Shown here piece after piece: positions 1 through 11,899 of a DNA stretch of 64,000 nucleotides (position 1 is its first letter; each line of letters starts with the position of its first letter). The stretch lies in assembly GCF_964355755.1 (NCBI RefSeq), contig NC_092671.1, positions 20,088,001 to 20,152,000 on the forward strand, read 5' to 3'. A program made the position numbers and the translations under genes. The notes under the pieces are model-generated. The model did no database searches. It worked only from the letters and a program-made list of their open reading frames with translations, and was not told where the DNA came from. Origin of the DNA: Antedon mediterranea. Taxonomy: Eukaryota; Animalia; Echinodermata.

Positions 1-948
1 TTCTTGAGCAATTTATTTTTCAACAGTCTTGTTATGAAACATTTTTAAATGATAAGAAGTACTGTTAAGGCCACCTCTGATCATAAATTGTTATTGTAGG
101 TCGATACAAAAATACAGCATGTAGGAACCGAAATTAAATTAATTGTACACACGTCTTTTCGAAAAAAAAAATGAACAGTAAAAAATGAGAATGTGCGGTG
201 ACTATACACATTTTTATATACCGTATATAAAAATGTGGATATAATATGATAGGAGGTTGGCCACTGGAGGAAATATTCATTACATATACAGTGTTGGCAG
301 TTTGTAACAGTAGGTAACAGGGGAACATTTTAGTTTAAAATTTTGTTTAGCAATTTTAATCAAACAACTAATTTTTTAGTCGAGAAAAATAGTTTTGTGA
401 AAAAAGTTTTTGATGAACACTAACTTGAGTACGCGACTGCAGCCATGTCGGCCTATATGGCCTTATTACTGTAAAAACGCGCCCATACAAGGGTGTCTAG
501 AAAACTCAGATCTCAGATAGGCCTATATCTGAGTTTTCTAGACCTAAGAAAACTCAGATACCTGACTTTTCTAGATCTAGAAAACTCAGATATCTGACTT
601 TTCTAGATCTAGAGTTTTTTAGTTCCAGAATAGAACTAGAAAACCCAAATGATTGGTTAATTTAAATGCATTTGCTTCTCAATTAGTGATAAAAGATGAT
701 CACGCATCTTCTATAGTATTATTAGTAGGGCCTATTAAACGCGTGACAATTGTATTAAATTAGGCCTAAATGTAGTCACACGCGTGTGTTTGTTCAAAAT
801 GCGTGTTTATTAAAAATCACTTTGGTAACTATGCTATTTTTATATAGCCATGCATCATAAAAATATAAATAATTGATTTATATAATATAACTTTTTTGAA
901 ATTGTAAACTATATGTCTCGTACTTTTGGAGATGATAAATGATGCCTC

Positions 949-3054
949 AAATTTCACTATATTTAAAAAATTATTAATCGTAAGTGAGTCACACTCAAAT
1001 TTTAAAGATGAGGCCTGAGTAAACGGGACCAGTAGTCCCACTCTAACTTATACTGGACGACTAAGAAGATCCTAATATAATCCCACCAAGTGAATCCCAG
1101 GAACAATCCGCCATTTTCTCACAAATACAGTATCAAATGTCACTATATTTTAAAATCGTAATTGAGTTACACTCAATTTTTAAAGATGAGGGACCAGTGG
1201 TCCTAGTCTTATACTGGACGACTAAAGAGGAACAATCCGCCATTTTCTCACAGATACAACATCAATTTTCACTATATTTTAAAATATTAATCGTAATTTA
1301 GTTACACTCAAATTTGAAAGGATGAAAGCTGAGTAAACGGGACCAGTGGACCCACTCTAACTTATACTGGACGACGACTAAGGAGGTAGTATAATCCCAC
1401 CAAGTGACTCACAGGAACAATTCGCCATTTTCTCACAAATAGGCCTACAGTATCAAATTTCACTATATTTTAAAATATTAATCGTAAGTGAGTTACATTC
1501 AAATTTAAAAGATGAGGGCTGAGTAAACGAAACCAGTAGTCATACTCTAACTTATACTGGAAGACTAAGGAGGTACCCTAGTATAATCCCACATACCCAA
1601 TGTAGCGTACTACGCGAGTTCGCTTGGTGGCGTGTGTGGTCAATCGACGCAGATAACAAAAGACACTGATCCAGCAAATACAATATCTACAATTTATTTA
1701 CAATAGACCGATCTTCCGTTCTGTTCTGGTGACTAAAAGAAGATAAAGGAAACTACATTACTTTCTATAATGTGTTACAGAATACAACGTTATTCAAGAA
1801 ATTACAGCGATATTATAATGAGTTAAATGAAAAGGTGTATAAGTGTACCAATTAAAATTAATATAAACATATCAATAGAATAGCGATCACAACAATGTTA
1901 CCATTAAAGCAACAAGTAACAAACGTATTCCTTATCAATTACCACTACAAGTTAAAACGAGCCATGGGGTTCAAAATATAAACCTACTTGACTTTGACGC
2001 CTCAAATATACCAATCACAGTAAACAGATGCACTTGAACTACTCCCAGTTCAAAACAGCTGCAATATAAATAAATCGATCCTTGTTTATAATTTATAACC
2101 CATCCCCTCTCAACTATCCAGTTGCTATTGGCAACCAAAACTTAAATTGCCCTCCAATGAATCGAAATGAGGCACCACTCAGGCATTACACTTTATAATC
2201 GTTATACCTTAATACAAATGATGTATAGATTTCCAAACTACAGTAGGTTATTCTAAATAGCATACAACTGCTATAATGTATCAATAATATCATAAAAAAC
2301 ATCCTAATTAGACATATTAAATCCTTATCGCAACTGGAGAATTTAAAACAATCACTAATATCAACAAAGGCAAGAAATATATATACGGTATATAATGCAT
2401 AGTTATAGTTTATAGCCTACCTACGGTATGAACGATAATATATATGATTAAAACAACTAATGTATATCGATAATGATACAGACTCTCACGAGCCCAATAA
2501 CGTCATAATCGATTATTCAACATTATAAACATAAAGTATTCTATAAAGAAAAAATCGGAATCAAGGTTGTCGAAATCACAAATGTTGCCAAATTACACAT
2601 AAATGTTTCATACAATAAACCAAGTTGTCAAAGTTACAAACAAGTTGTAAAAGTTACAAACAAGTTCCAAATAAACAATTTGTCACAACAAAAAATTAGA
2701 AAAGTGTCGAGTTGGAGATGTGTCGCTGTTCAAACCCAAAATTCATCTCTCCTGGAATTTGGTCACACCCCTATATATTAGACCTAGGAGCAACATCCAC
2801 AAAATTATAGAGGGCGTTCTATTATATTTCAATACTTTACACCCAAGAACAATCCGCCATTTTCTCACGAATAAAGTTTCAAATTTCACTATATTTTAAA
2901 AATCGTAATTGAGTTACGCTCAAATTTTAAAGATGAGGTCTGAGTAAACATGACCAGTAGTTCTACTCTAACTTATACTGGATGACTAAGGAGGTACCCT
3001 AGTATAACTCCACCAAGTGATTTCCAGGAACAATACGCCGTTTTTTCACAAAAT
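949..3054 (+). repeat. Tandem (satellite-like) array of ~185-bp units, about 5 copies, interrupted by a solo LTR
   Basis: Unit CAAATTTCACTATATTT...CTTATACTGGACGACTAAG...GGAACAATCCGCCATTTTCTCACA recurs at ~949, 1135, 1262, 1454 (split) and 2880. Confidence 0.9.
1601..2841 (-). mobile_element. Solo LTR (1241 bp)
   Basis: TGTA...TACA termini, perfect 5-bp TSD CCCAA (1596-1600 / 2842-2846), AATAAA on the - strand near 1695; it splits one satellite unit. Confidence 0.85.
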
Positions 3055-3384
3055 ATTTAAAATGTATATACCATAAAATCCATAAGTAACACTGAATATG
3101 TAAAAAATACACAAACGGCGTTTCATAGTTATTGTTAGCTGGGCTGGGGAAAAATAAATGTCCAGCCAGTCGATCGATCCAGTCCTGAGGAGGAGGTACG
3201 TTTCCACACACGGGCGAAAAACCAGACAGGTAACAGTCAGATTACCTCTGTTAATTAAGGTTATTATATTAGCTCCCAGATTATCACTAGTAGTGGCACT
3301 ACTGTAGGCCTACTAGACAAATAACTGGGTTTTCGAACTTGGACTAGGGGCCTACCTATCTAGGCCTAGGTAGACTAGTATAGG

Positions 3385-4165
3385 CGGTGTACATCGTGTT
3401 CGGCCGCAAACGGTTTCGGCCGCAATGTTTTGAATGCCCATATAAATAAGGTGCTATGTATGGAGCGCCAACGATGCATCAACTTCCGTTTGTTCTGCTG
3501 GTCTTTTCATTGGGTTATTCCATTCTAAAAATGTGGGTGCATTCTAACGTGATCGATCGAAATTGACCGACATAAAATGTACGGCGTATAATATCATATT
3601 ACTTTCTGTGATATAAGTATTATTTAGAATGCTGTGGTGTGGATATATTTGAATCTATTTTAAATGATTTAGATATACGTTTTTTTATTATTATAATAAT
3701 AATCTTAAACGGGCAATAAAACATTTACTCTTGCAGGCCTAATGTGTTCTAATAAAAACAGAAATGACCATTAAATCAGTTAATAATACATTAAGTATTT
3801 TAAAACTCTGGTTATATAGGCCTATTGTAATGTGTAAAAATGAAAACAGAAATGACCATTAAATCAGTTAATAATACATTAAGTATGTATAAATGTGTTA
3901 AGATTGTATATAATAAAATAATTTTCATTTTTCTCTATCTGTGATGAATCTAACTGTATCTAAAGAGAAATCGTAATATTATATACAATAATACAAATGT
4001 AGAGAAAAATCGGTAAAGCAATGCACCCCTATTTTTTGGATGGAATAAGCCACGGAGATCGCCAATCTAAACAATGCATTTAATATAAACAATGAAAGCA
4101 AGCCTGGCGTTCCATACTAAATACATGTGGCCGAACTCGTTGGCGGCCGAACACGACGGTATTCG
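3385..4165. mobile_element. MITE with TCGTGTTCGGCCGC terminal inverted repeats
   Basis: 3394-3407 is the reverse complement of 4143-4156; AT-rich interior with a ~45-bp direct duplication (3756/3843). Confidence 0.6.
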
Positions 4166-4307
4166 GCCTAGGCTAGGCCTACTTAGTACTAGCCTACTAC
4201 TACTACTATAGGCCTAGGAGGCCTACTAGCTAGGCCTAGCTCCTAGTAGGCTAGCCTAGGTCTATATAGAACTAAATTATAGGGGCCTAGGCTAGCTAGG
4301 TTTGTAA

Positions 4308-4420
4308 CGGGTGCAGGTCAAGTCGGCCCCAAACAACCTCGGCCAAAGTCAAGTCGGCCCCACGTCAACTAGGCCTAGGCCTCGAGTCAACTCTGCCTCA
4401 CGGCAACTCGGCCAAAACTA
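4308..4420. repeat. Orphan transposon end made of GTCAA(G/C)TCGGCC sub-repeats
   Basis: About seven degenerate GTCAACTCGGCC-like motifs; no partner end found. Confidence 0.4.
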
Positions 4421-4848
4421 AGCGGTCAACTCGACCACAATAAAGTATGGAACGCAAAAAGTGCTTAATATTATTATGATTCTTACTATCCACGCTTTAA
4501 AAAAAATGAAGAAATAAAAAATATAATATAATTAAAATAATATATTAAAAAATGAACTCATTGCCGATATGAATAGAAGTACCCGCGTGTTACAAAAACA
4601 CGTGCAGGTACCGCATTTTAGTAAATCGAAGACGGAGGCCTACGTTCTACCATTTGACCATAGAAAAAATGATCGTACATATCGTTTTTTTCCATGATTT
4701 GCGTTTTTAAAAAAGGGGAATCCCCCGGTCAGCGAAAACGCGTAGCAGTTGTAGATATCGAAAAAGCTTCCAAAGTCGCACATGCCTCATTTTTAAGCCT
4801 ATATTTATATTTTAACGGTAACATGCACTGTATTTTCTTTATGATTAG

Positions 4849-5118
4849 AGCCTGGTTTCCATTAAAATCGCTACAGCGTTTCCATTAAAATCGCTACACG
4901 CGCAGATGTCGCCGACGCAATCGGGAAGGCTCCCCGATTCATCGCAGTCAAATCGGCAAAGTTCAACCATGTTTAACTTTGCCGATTTTGTCGGCGATGA
5001 ATCGTTACGCCGCGTACCAAAGAATATTTAGCACTCGCGTACTAGATCCCCGATAAATTCTAGCGTTTCCATAGAATCGCTACGCTCTGTCGTGTAGCGA
5101 TTTTATGGAAACCAGGCT
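4849..5118. mobile_element. PIF/Harbinger-type MITE
   Basis: TIR AGCCTGGTTTCCAT / ATGGAAACCAGGCT in a TWA-like context; central palindrome AAATCGGCAAAGTT...AACTTTGCCGATTT. Confidence 0.75.
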
Positions 5119-5592
5119 TTAAGCCCTAGGCCGCTTCTACATGTTACAATATTAGTAAGAAAACGTACACAGTAATCAGTTTTAATAATACTCTAATATT
5201 TCAAATGACCTACAAACCAATGATGATCTGAGTTTTCTAGTTCCATTTTGGAACTAGAAAAGTCAGATATAGAAAACTCAGATATATCTGAGATCTGAGT
5301 TTTCTAGATCTGAGTTTTCTAGACACCCAGATGAAAACTGTCCACACACAATTGTAAACAGTTTAGGCCATTGTTGTAAAATTGAGCTCAAATAATTTTA
5401 CAGGATATGACTTGAATGAAATACAAAACAATTTTTAAATGAAAATATAACCTATGAGTTTATACACGAAATGGAATTTAAAGTACATCCCAGGCAAAAT
5501 TAACAGTTTATTTGAACTTTCGAAATACATTTTACTGTGCTGTCATTTAAAATATAAAGCAAAAATGAAGTTACAATTTTCTTTTTAGTGAA

Positions 5593-5661
5593 ATGTCTGG
5601 AAATCAACCTATTACCACTTTAAGATGTTTATTGAAAGAATTAAGACTTCTTCATTTGTCT
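5593..5661 (+). CDS. FMC1: FMC1 (mitochondrial ATP synthase assembly factor, LYR-like) coding exon 1
   Basis: MSGNQPITTLRCLLKELRLLHLS, GTAAGT donor at 5662 (phase 0); pyrimidine-rich AG acceptor at 5587-5588 just upstream of the ATG. Confidence 0.92.
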
Positions 5662-6047
5662 GTAAGTATTATTTTCTACTGTTTTGTCATTACAATAAAG
5701 GATGAAATACTTTTGTATATTATATTGACTAATGTAACATGATAAAGACTTAGAGTATATTCTTGGTCATTCTCAAGTAATTTTCAGGAAAAACTTTTTT
5801 TTTAATTTGTAAAATTAAATAACAATTTAGTATTTGTATGAAAAACTTTTCATTTCTCATGTTTTTTTAATGGAAAACAAAAAAATGTTTAAATTTAGTA
5901 TTTCTTCCAAAATTATGATAAAGTAGAATAATAAAATCCAACTGTTATTTTTCAAAATGTGGGTCTAAAACATCTTGGCTTGTACACATGTCTGTATGGT
6001 ATTAAAGCAAACAATGCCACTTGAACACTAAAATAATTTCATTTTAG

Positions 6048-6200
6048 GGTACCTTACAGAGAAAGCCTTCATATCGTTATATACTAGACCAATTCAGAAA
6101 GTTTAAAGTAACAAATGAAAAAAACTGCAGAGCTAGAAATGAGGCCCACCATAATGCACATACTTACAACTGTTTGTTAAGGAGTACTAGGGAACTTGAG
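6048..6200 (+). CDS. FMC1: FMC1 coding exon 2
   Basis: TTTTAG acceptor; GTLQRKPSYRYILDQFRKFKVTNEKNCRARNEAHHNAHTYNCLLRSTRELE matches the FMC1 pattern YRY..F..VT.EK.CRA..E....A.TY.CLLRS.R; GTATGT donor, phase 0. Confidence 0.95.
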
Positions 6201-7233
6201 GTATGTAAACATCAATAATGTCACCGTAAGTTCTTTCTGGCTTCCTCTGTCTTAACTAGGCATATTAACAGGAACAAATCACTGGCCTATTTTAATTGCC
6301 CATGTGCAAATTTTGAAACAAAAGAAAAATTAAAATGCGAAAATAAAAGGGCGCAAAATATTGAGAAATGCATTATGTTGAGAATTTTGGGCTTTACAGT
6401 TAGGCAAAACAAACAAATATTGTATTGGCCCCTACCTACCTTAAACTGACAAAAAAAAGGCAGCATATTTTTTTTTATGAGTCAATTGGTGATTGCCAAA
6501 TTGGCGAATATATTTCACTTCCCTTGGACGTCAAGAGAAGCTGCAACCAACCTTGAATCGTTTTTAATACAGTACTGACTACATATCTTATAATAAGCCC
6601 ACACGTTATACATGGGTGTAATAAACGTGTGTTAGGTACTAACATTGGCAATACTGTCCATATTCACTCTGCATTGAGTAATTCAATTGCAGCGAATTGT
6701 ATTTTTAATTTGTTGATTCATAAATTATAACTGGTATACAAACACACAGCTTTTACCATTTCCCGTCTGGAGAGTTCTGTTATAGTATTACAATGCCAGT
6801 ATCATGCATGCATTTAGCCCGTTACCTAATGTACGCCCCTGCTACGGACTGGACCATTAATCACTCCACGAAACCATGTTGTAGAGTTCTTCCGCATACA
6901 GGCCGAATAAATAAAATATAAAGTTTTTACCATTTGCCGTCCATGGGAAATCAGGTCTCTTATTACAGGCCTGATACAGTGCACATGCGTTTAAGTTGAT
7001 AATGAATTAATTCCACACCTCATTTTTGACTTTACCATTTTCGGAACCTTGTTTGTTTTCATTATAAACATGGGCTGATGTCAAACAAATTCTGCTTTAA
7101 AGTTCAGCTACAGGAATGAATTTTAAATATAATATCTGGTTGTACATAAATCAAATATTTAAACAGAATTCATTTCCCTTAATATGGTCGAATGCAAAAT
7201 TCTTCCATAAAAACCAGGAAGACTTTTTTTTCA

Positions 7234-8074
7234 GTAGTTAGGTACTTTACCTAATGTAATAACATGACTCTCTAGAAGGTGAAAAAAGATGGTGGATATA
7301 CGGTGGATAATTTTTGCTATAGCATGAAAATAAAAATCTGAAGTTGAATAAAAATACTAGAAATGTAAAATTCAAGTTGTATTACCCATATTTAGTCATC
7401 TAATAACATTTTTTACCACATCGTTTATTTTTCATAGCTTTTTAAAATGCCTCTCTATTTACAAAATTTGTATACAAAAGAATAGAGATTTTATTGTGTA
7501 GTTTGAACTATGTCGCGGGCATCGTACCGGGAGTTCCATATTTGACCACATGTGGTGTTCTTTTAGAACTAATTATTGTGAAAATTGTCGTGCAATAATG
7601 TCAAAGGTCAAAAGTGATATTTCCCGGCAAATTTCAAAAATATGTTTCATTAAAGCTAATATAAATATGGATATTCTGAACAATTTATGACAAAAATAAA
7701 ATCTTTATGACAAGGGGTTACCAAGATGACCCTTATGTAAAAACAAGGTCAAAGGTCAAAAGTGGCATTTACGGCCATTTTGAACGAAAACTTTTCATTA
7801 TATATTATAGTAGTACATAGAAATGTGCATATTCTGAACAATTTAAGACCAAAATCAGACCTCTATGATCACTCTTTCTCAGGTACCATCTATATTTAGG
7901 ATTTTGATAAATCCAAGATGGCCACCAAAATTGCCCCCAAAAAACCCCATGGGACAATATTTCGTCTTGGGAACATCAACAAATTATAATTACATATATT
8001 CAGGATTACAAAAATGTACACTAAAAAAATACATCATGGGGGTGACCGGTAACCCCTCCTTCCTACCTTACTAC
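7234..8074. mobile_element. Possible non-autonomous DNA element in FMC1 intron 2
   Basis: Short imperfect TIR GTAGTTAGGTA / TACCTTACTAC; internal GGTCAAAGGTCA motifs. Confidence 0.3.
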
Positions 8075-8321
8075 ATGTTTTACTGTATGTTTTTAGTGGT
8101 TGCACAGTACTTGAATTTTCTACGAAATTCTTCAACCTTAAAAAATAAATATTGTTATTTTGTTGAACTTAATTATGAAGTTTTTTAATTTTGACATTGA
8201 ATTTCACACTCATAATCAATGTTGATCGTGGCCAACCAACTTGTTTTACCAGGCAGAGGCATGTATAGACATCATTTTTTCTTTTACACATTGTAATAAA
8301 AAGGCTTTTAATCTATGTTAG

Positions 8322-8417
8322 GTACTGCATGCAACATTCTACAGGGGAGAACGTTCCATAGAAGAAAGTGCAAAATTAGTTGGACTTAAACTACCTGAGG
8401 CTCCTAAACCAGTCTAA
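8322..8417 (+). CDS. FMC1: FMC1 coding exon 3 (stop TAA; 105-aa protein in total)
   Basis: VLHATFYRGERSIEESAKLVGLKLPEAPKPV* carries the FMC1 C-terminal motif GERS(V/I)EESA.LVGLKLP. Confidence 0.95.
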   Translation, partial: VLHATFYRGERSIEESAKLVGLKLPEAPKPV

Positions 8418-9054
8418 CTGCAAATATATTTGGTAAGTCTAGTTTTTGATAAATTTGAGTACTGCAAGTTTATGTGGTTGTATGTATTATAGCAGGTGTA
8501 AACAAATTGCATGTAAGGCATAAAGGTGCAATATGCTATATTTAGTTGCACATAATGGCCACCCATTTGTTAATATCTCCCGGTAGAAAAGGAGTTTTAG
8601 CCATTTCTTGGATGATGTTACCATGCCATTGCCTAGTGGATGTGGGAACATACCCTAAATCAATACGGCGCACCTAAATTTGTTTTACTCGAAACTCAAA
8701 ATACTACTGATATAAAAGATTGTTTGATTTTTATTTGAATGTAAATATTATATTTACATAATTTCCTTTAGGTAGTTATTATTTGCATATTTTTCTATTA
8801 TAAATTTTATTTGACTTTCATTGCAGTGATCATTAGTTGATTGGTATTCTACTGATGGCTGTCAAAGTGTGTACTATCTTTGTTCTTTTTAAACTGAGTG
8901 TGTATACTTAATGTGTTTAAGTATTATGGAACATGCAGTTACCCCCTAATGTTATACCAACATTTTGATCTTAATAGGCTTTTAATTTTCTCCCGTTGCA
9001 TCTTTTTTTCGCACCGCACCTTTAGGCAGCCATATTCCCAGAGGACATATTTAT

Positions 9055-11620
9055 TTAGAAGCTTTTTACAAAGCGAAAGCTATATATCTACGGCCGACAG
9101 TTTAGGAATTTTGTAAACTCCACTAATTTATAGGTCCATGCTGCTCGACCCAAAATACAAAAAGAAAAGAGAGTCTATGAGGTCTCACAGTTTAACGAAT
9201 TTGGATTCTCGCACTTTGATTGGTTGACGCAAATCAACACACTGCGGAAGAATTTTCTCACGTGTGCTGTAAAGTCGCGTTGTCTACGAAAACTGTTACA
9301 TACGGGAAAATAATGTATTCGTTGAATGAATTTTATAATGTTGATATACAAAATATACTACTAAAAATAGCGTAGGCCGAGTTCAGACTACTGAGGGCAC
9401 AATTTGTTTACTTCGTTCCTGGTAAAAAACGATTATTTTTCGCCATTGTTTTGGACCCTATTTTTCAAAACTGCAAGTCAGATTTTCGTAATTCTTTCTT
9501 TATTATAATATTGAAACAAAATATTAACATGCAATTTAAATGTTAATTGTTATCAATAGATAGTAGGCCTATATATGGGCTGGGTCACTAGGGAGTGATG
9601 CTCCTACCCTGGAATATGTACACTGGAGTTTAGTTTATAATTATATTTTTGTTCTGTACAGTAGGCCAGACTATGTTACACAACATGTTTACTACTGATT
9701 GTTGAGAAATTATTGTTATAAATCATTATTTCTGAAGAAAAAAGAAAACAATACGTCAAAAAAGTCAAGACGCGTTTTTTAAAAGAAATATTTCTAGTTT
9801 AAACCTTATTGTAAAACAAGCCGGAGTTTTGCCAGTGTAATTTACAGTATGTTATGTTAAACTTAAAAAAACCACAACAATCTGTTTCATAAGTCAGTAT
9901 GGCTTCTGTAGGTGTGGTGTGTTGTTAGTACCATCTTATGTAGCCTTTTTGTTTAATAAAAAACAAATTTTATTTAGTTTGTTTACGATTGAGCTGTCAG
10001 ACTTGTTACAATTTTACTGAGATTTTACTAGAGATAATTACAAATATTATCCTTATTTTTTATTTAATGCTATATTACGCTAAAAATTGTTATTGATATC
10101 TACCATTTACCAAATATATTATGATATAATTTGTTCATTAACATACCACAATTTTTTTATGATACAGTTTCTTTGCATTGTTTATTTGATGGACATGCTG
10201 CATGATTCATCAGTTTTTGTGCATTTAAAGTTATTTTAGCACCATTTTTTCCTTTTTATATACCAATTTTATTCGTTTTCAGTTTTAAAGGCTTTTTAGC
10301 GCTTTGGTCACACATTTGCATTTAGTTAATGAATTTACCTGATTTTTGGCTTTGTTGCATTGTTTAGTTAGCATGCTTTTAAGCAACATTTCACTTTTCT
10401 TCTGCTAATCTTTGCCTCTCCTGATAGTCCATTCATTAATCATTTAGATTTAATTTGAAATTTTAAATATTTGCAAATAAAATTCAATCAAAGGTAAAAA
10501 GGTTTATTCTTACTGTAATTCTGTTCTGTTTCTTTACATGCAGTTGGTATTCAATGGTGATTTCAAATGGACAATAGACACGTTTCGCGCTCGCGACCAA
10601 TCAGAAATATGGGTATAGATTTGTAAACAAACCGAACACCTCTCGCCTAGTGCGTGTTGAAGCATAGCGAAATGGCGACTGCCGAGTGCTTTTGTTGCAA
10701 GGTGCATCATAAATGTTGTATATGTTGGATAAATCGTGAATTTAACTACACAAAATCACTGAATAATATTCCTGTTTTTAATTTTCAAACACTTGCTGAG
10801 TGGTTTGCGTCGGCTCCGAAGGATAGTGGCGCAAAATCTTGGAAATTTTTCAAGGAAAGGTACGTCCACGATGTCGTCGTGTCTCTCCGCCTGCCCGGTG
10901 GCGTTGCCTGATGCGGTACTTCGTCTACTAGGCCTAGGAGGCTTGGGTGTCTGTTTAAGCGCCGAAGAACATCACATAATACATGGAAGATGCAATAGGA
11001 GCATGAAAAAGAATGAAAGATAATAATTAATATATTTACGCAACATTTGTAAATAAAATCAACAGTTAACATGTATTAAATGCACCGGAATATATATATG
11101 TGTCAAACCAAAAATGACAATACATAAATAAAGTCGATGATTCCGAACCAAATGCCCAAATAATTCTACAGTGAATATAAAACATAAGTTTAGAAAATAA
11201 ATAACAACCTTACCATGCCATTCCATCAAAGGCTAGTTTTGACGATTGCTTTTTAAGATGATCATCTCTCAGTTCTCCCATGCTTTAACATACCTCTCGC
11301 TGTGTTTGTTTACCATTGTATACCCACTAAAAGGTCAAACTGACGGTGACCTCGCGAGCGCGAAACGTGTCTATTGATGCTTAAATTTATGTGGAATTCC
11401 TCTTGAACATTAGTATTCAGTCTTGTTGCAAGTTTCTTTCCTTCATGACCTTAAGACAATAGGCCTATAATATTTCTTATTCTGAAATTTATGGTGCCCT
11501 TTGGCTTTTGAATTACACAATTCATTTAAATCTTTTGTTTTATAACATTAGCTTAAAGCCAACATCTTATTAAATATTAAAGTATTAGACTGTGGGCCAA
11601 GGCTAAAAAAGGCCTTTAGT
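9055..11620 (+). mobile_element. Helentron/HINE-like non-autonomous element
   Basis: Left hairpin AGCTTT..AAAGCT, imperfect subterminal inverted repeats (9088-9105 vs 11585-11601), right GGCC..GGCC stem followed by TAGTTTT. Confidence 0.45.
10572..11376. mobile_element. ISL2EU-like deletion derivative (MITE)
   Basis: Perfect 25-bp inverted repeat CAATAGACACGTTTCGCGCTCGCGA; remnant KSWKFFKERYVHDV...GRCNRSMKKNE resembles the N-terminus of the SWIM/YqaJ ORF of ISL2EU elements. Confidence 0.65.
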
Positions 11621-11899
11621 TTTTTAGTTCCGTAGTCCACACCTGAGGGCAACAACAGTTTTACAAGAACATGTTCACTATATTACCAAATTCCAAAAAG
11701 TAAAGAGTTCCACCAAAAAACAAAAAAAGTTGCACGTTAAGGGGGTAAAGGTCATTCAAATGTCAAAAGGGATTTTTTTTTTCAATGTAGAATAATAATA
11801 GCATTGTTTTACGAACAACAACAAGAAGTTTCAATTTGTAATAGGCTCAAAGTGTAGGCCTACAATTATAAATAACATGGACGTATATTGCTTAACATT

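Larger units (their letters stand above)
491..5328. mobile_element. Non-autonomous DNA transposon (or two facing half-elements) with ~170-bp sub-repetitive terminal inverted repeats
   Basis: GGGTGTCTAGAAAACTCAGATCT at 491 is the reverse complement of AGATCTGAGTTTTCTAGACACCC ending at 5328; both arms are built of TAGAAAACTCAGAT sub-repeats. No TSD seen. Confidence 0.6.

Noticed and set aside
949-3054. CRISPR-like array
   Set aside because: Whole ~185-bp units are repeated with no unique spacers; eukaryotic context and no cas genes.
3290-4300. TAGGCCTA-rich palindromic tracts as a dedicated system
   Set aside because: Low-complexity simple repeat scattered through the window; no regular spacing or structure.
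8605-8715. C/D snoRNA in the FMC1 3'-UTR intron
   Set aside because: Only a partial box C (ATGATG) and a CTGA, with no convincing terminal stem or recognisable guide.
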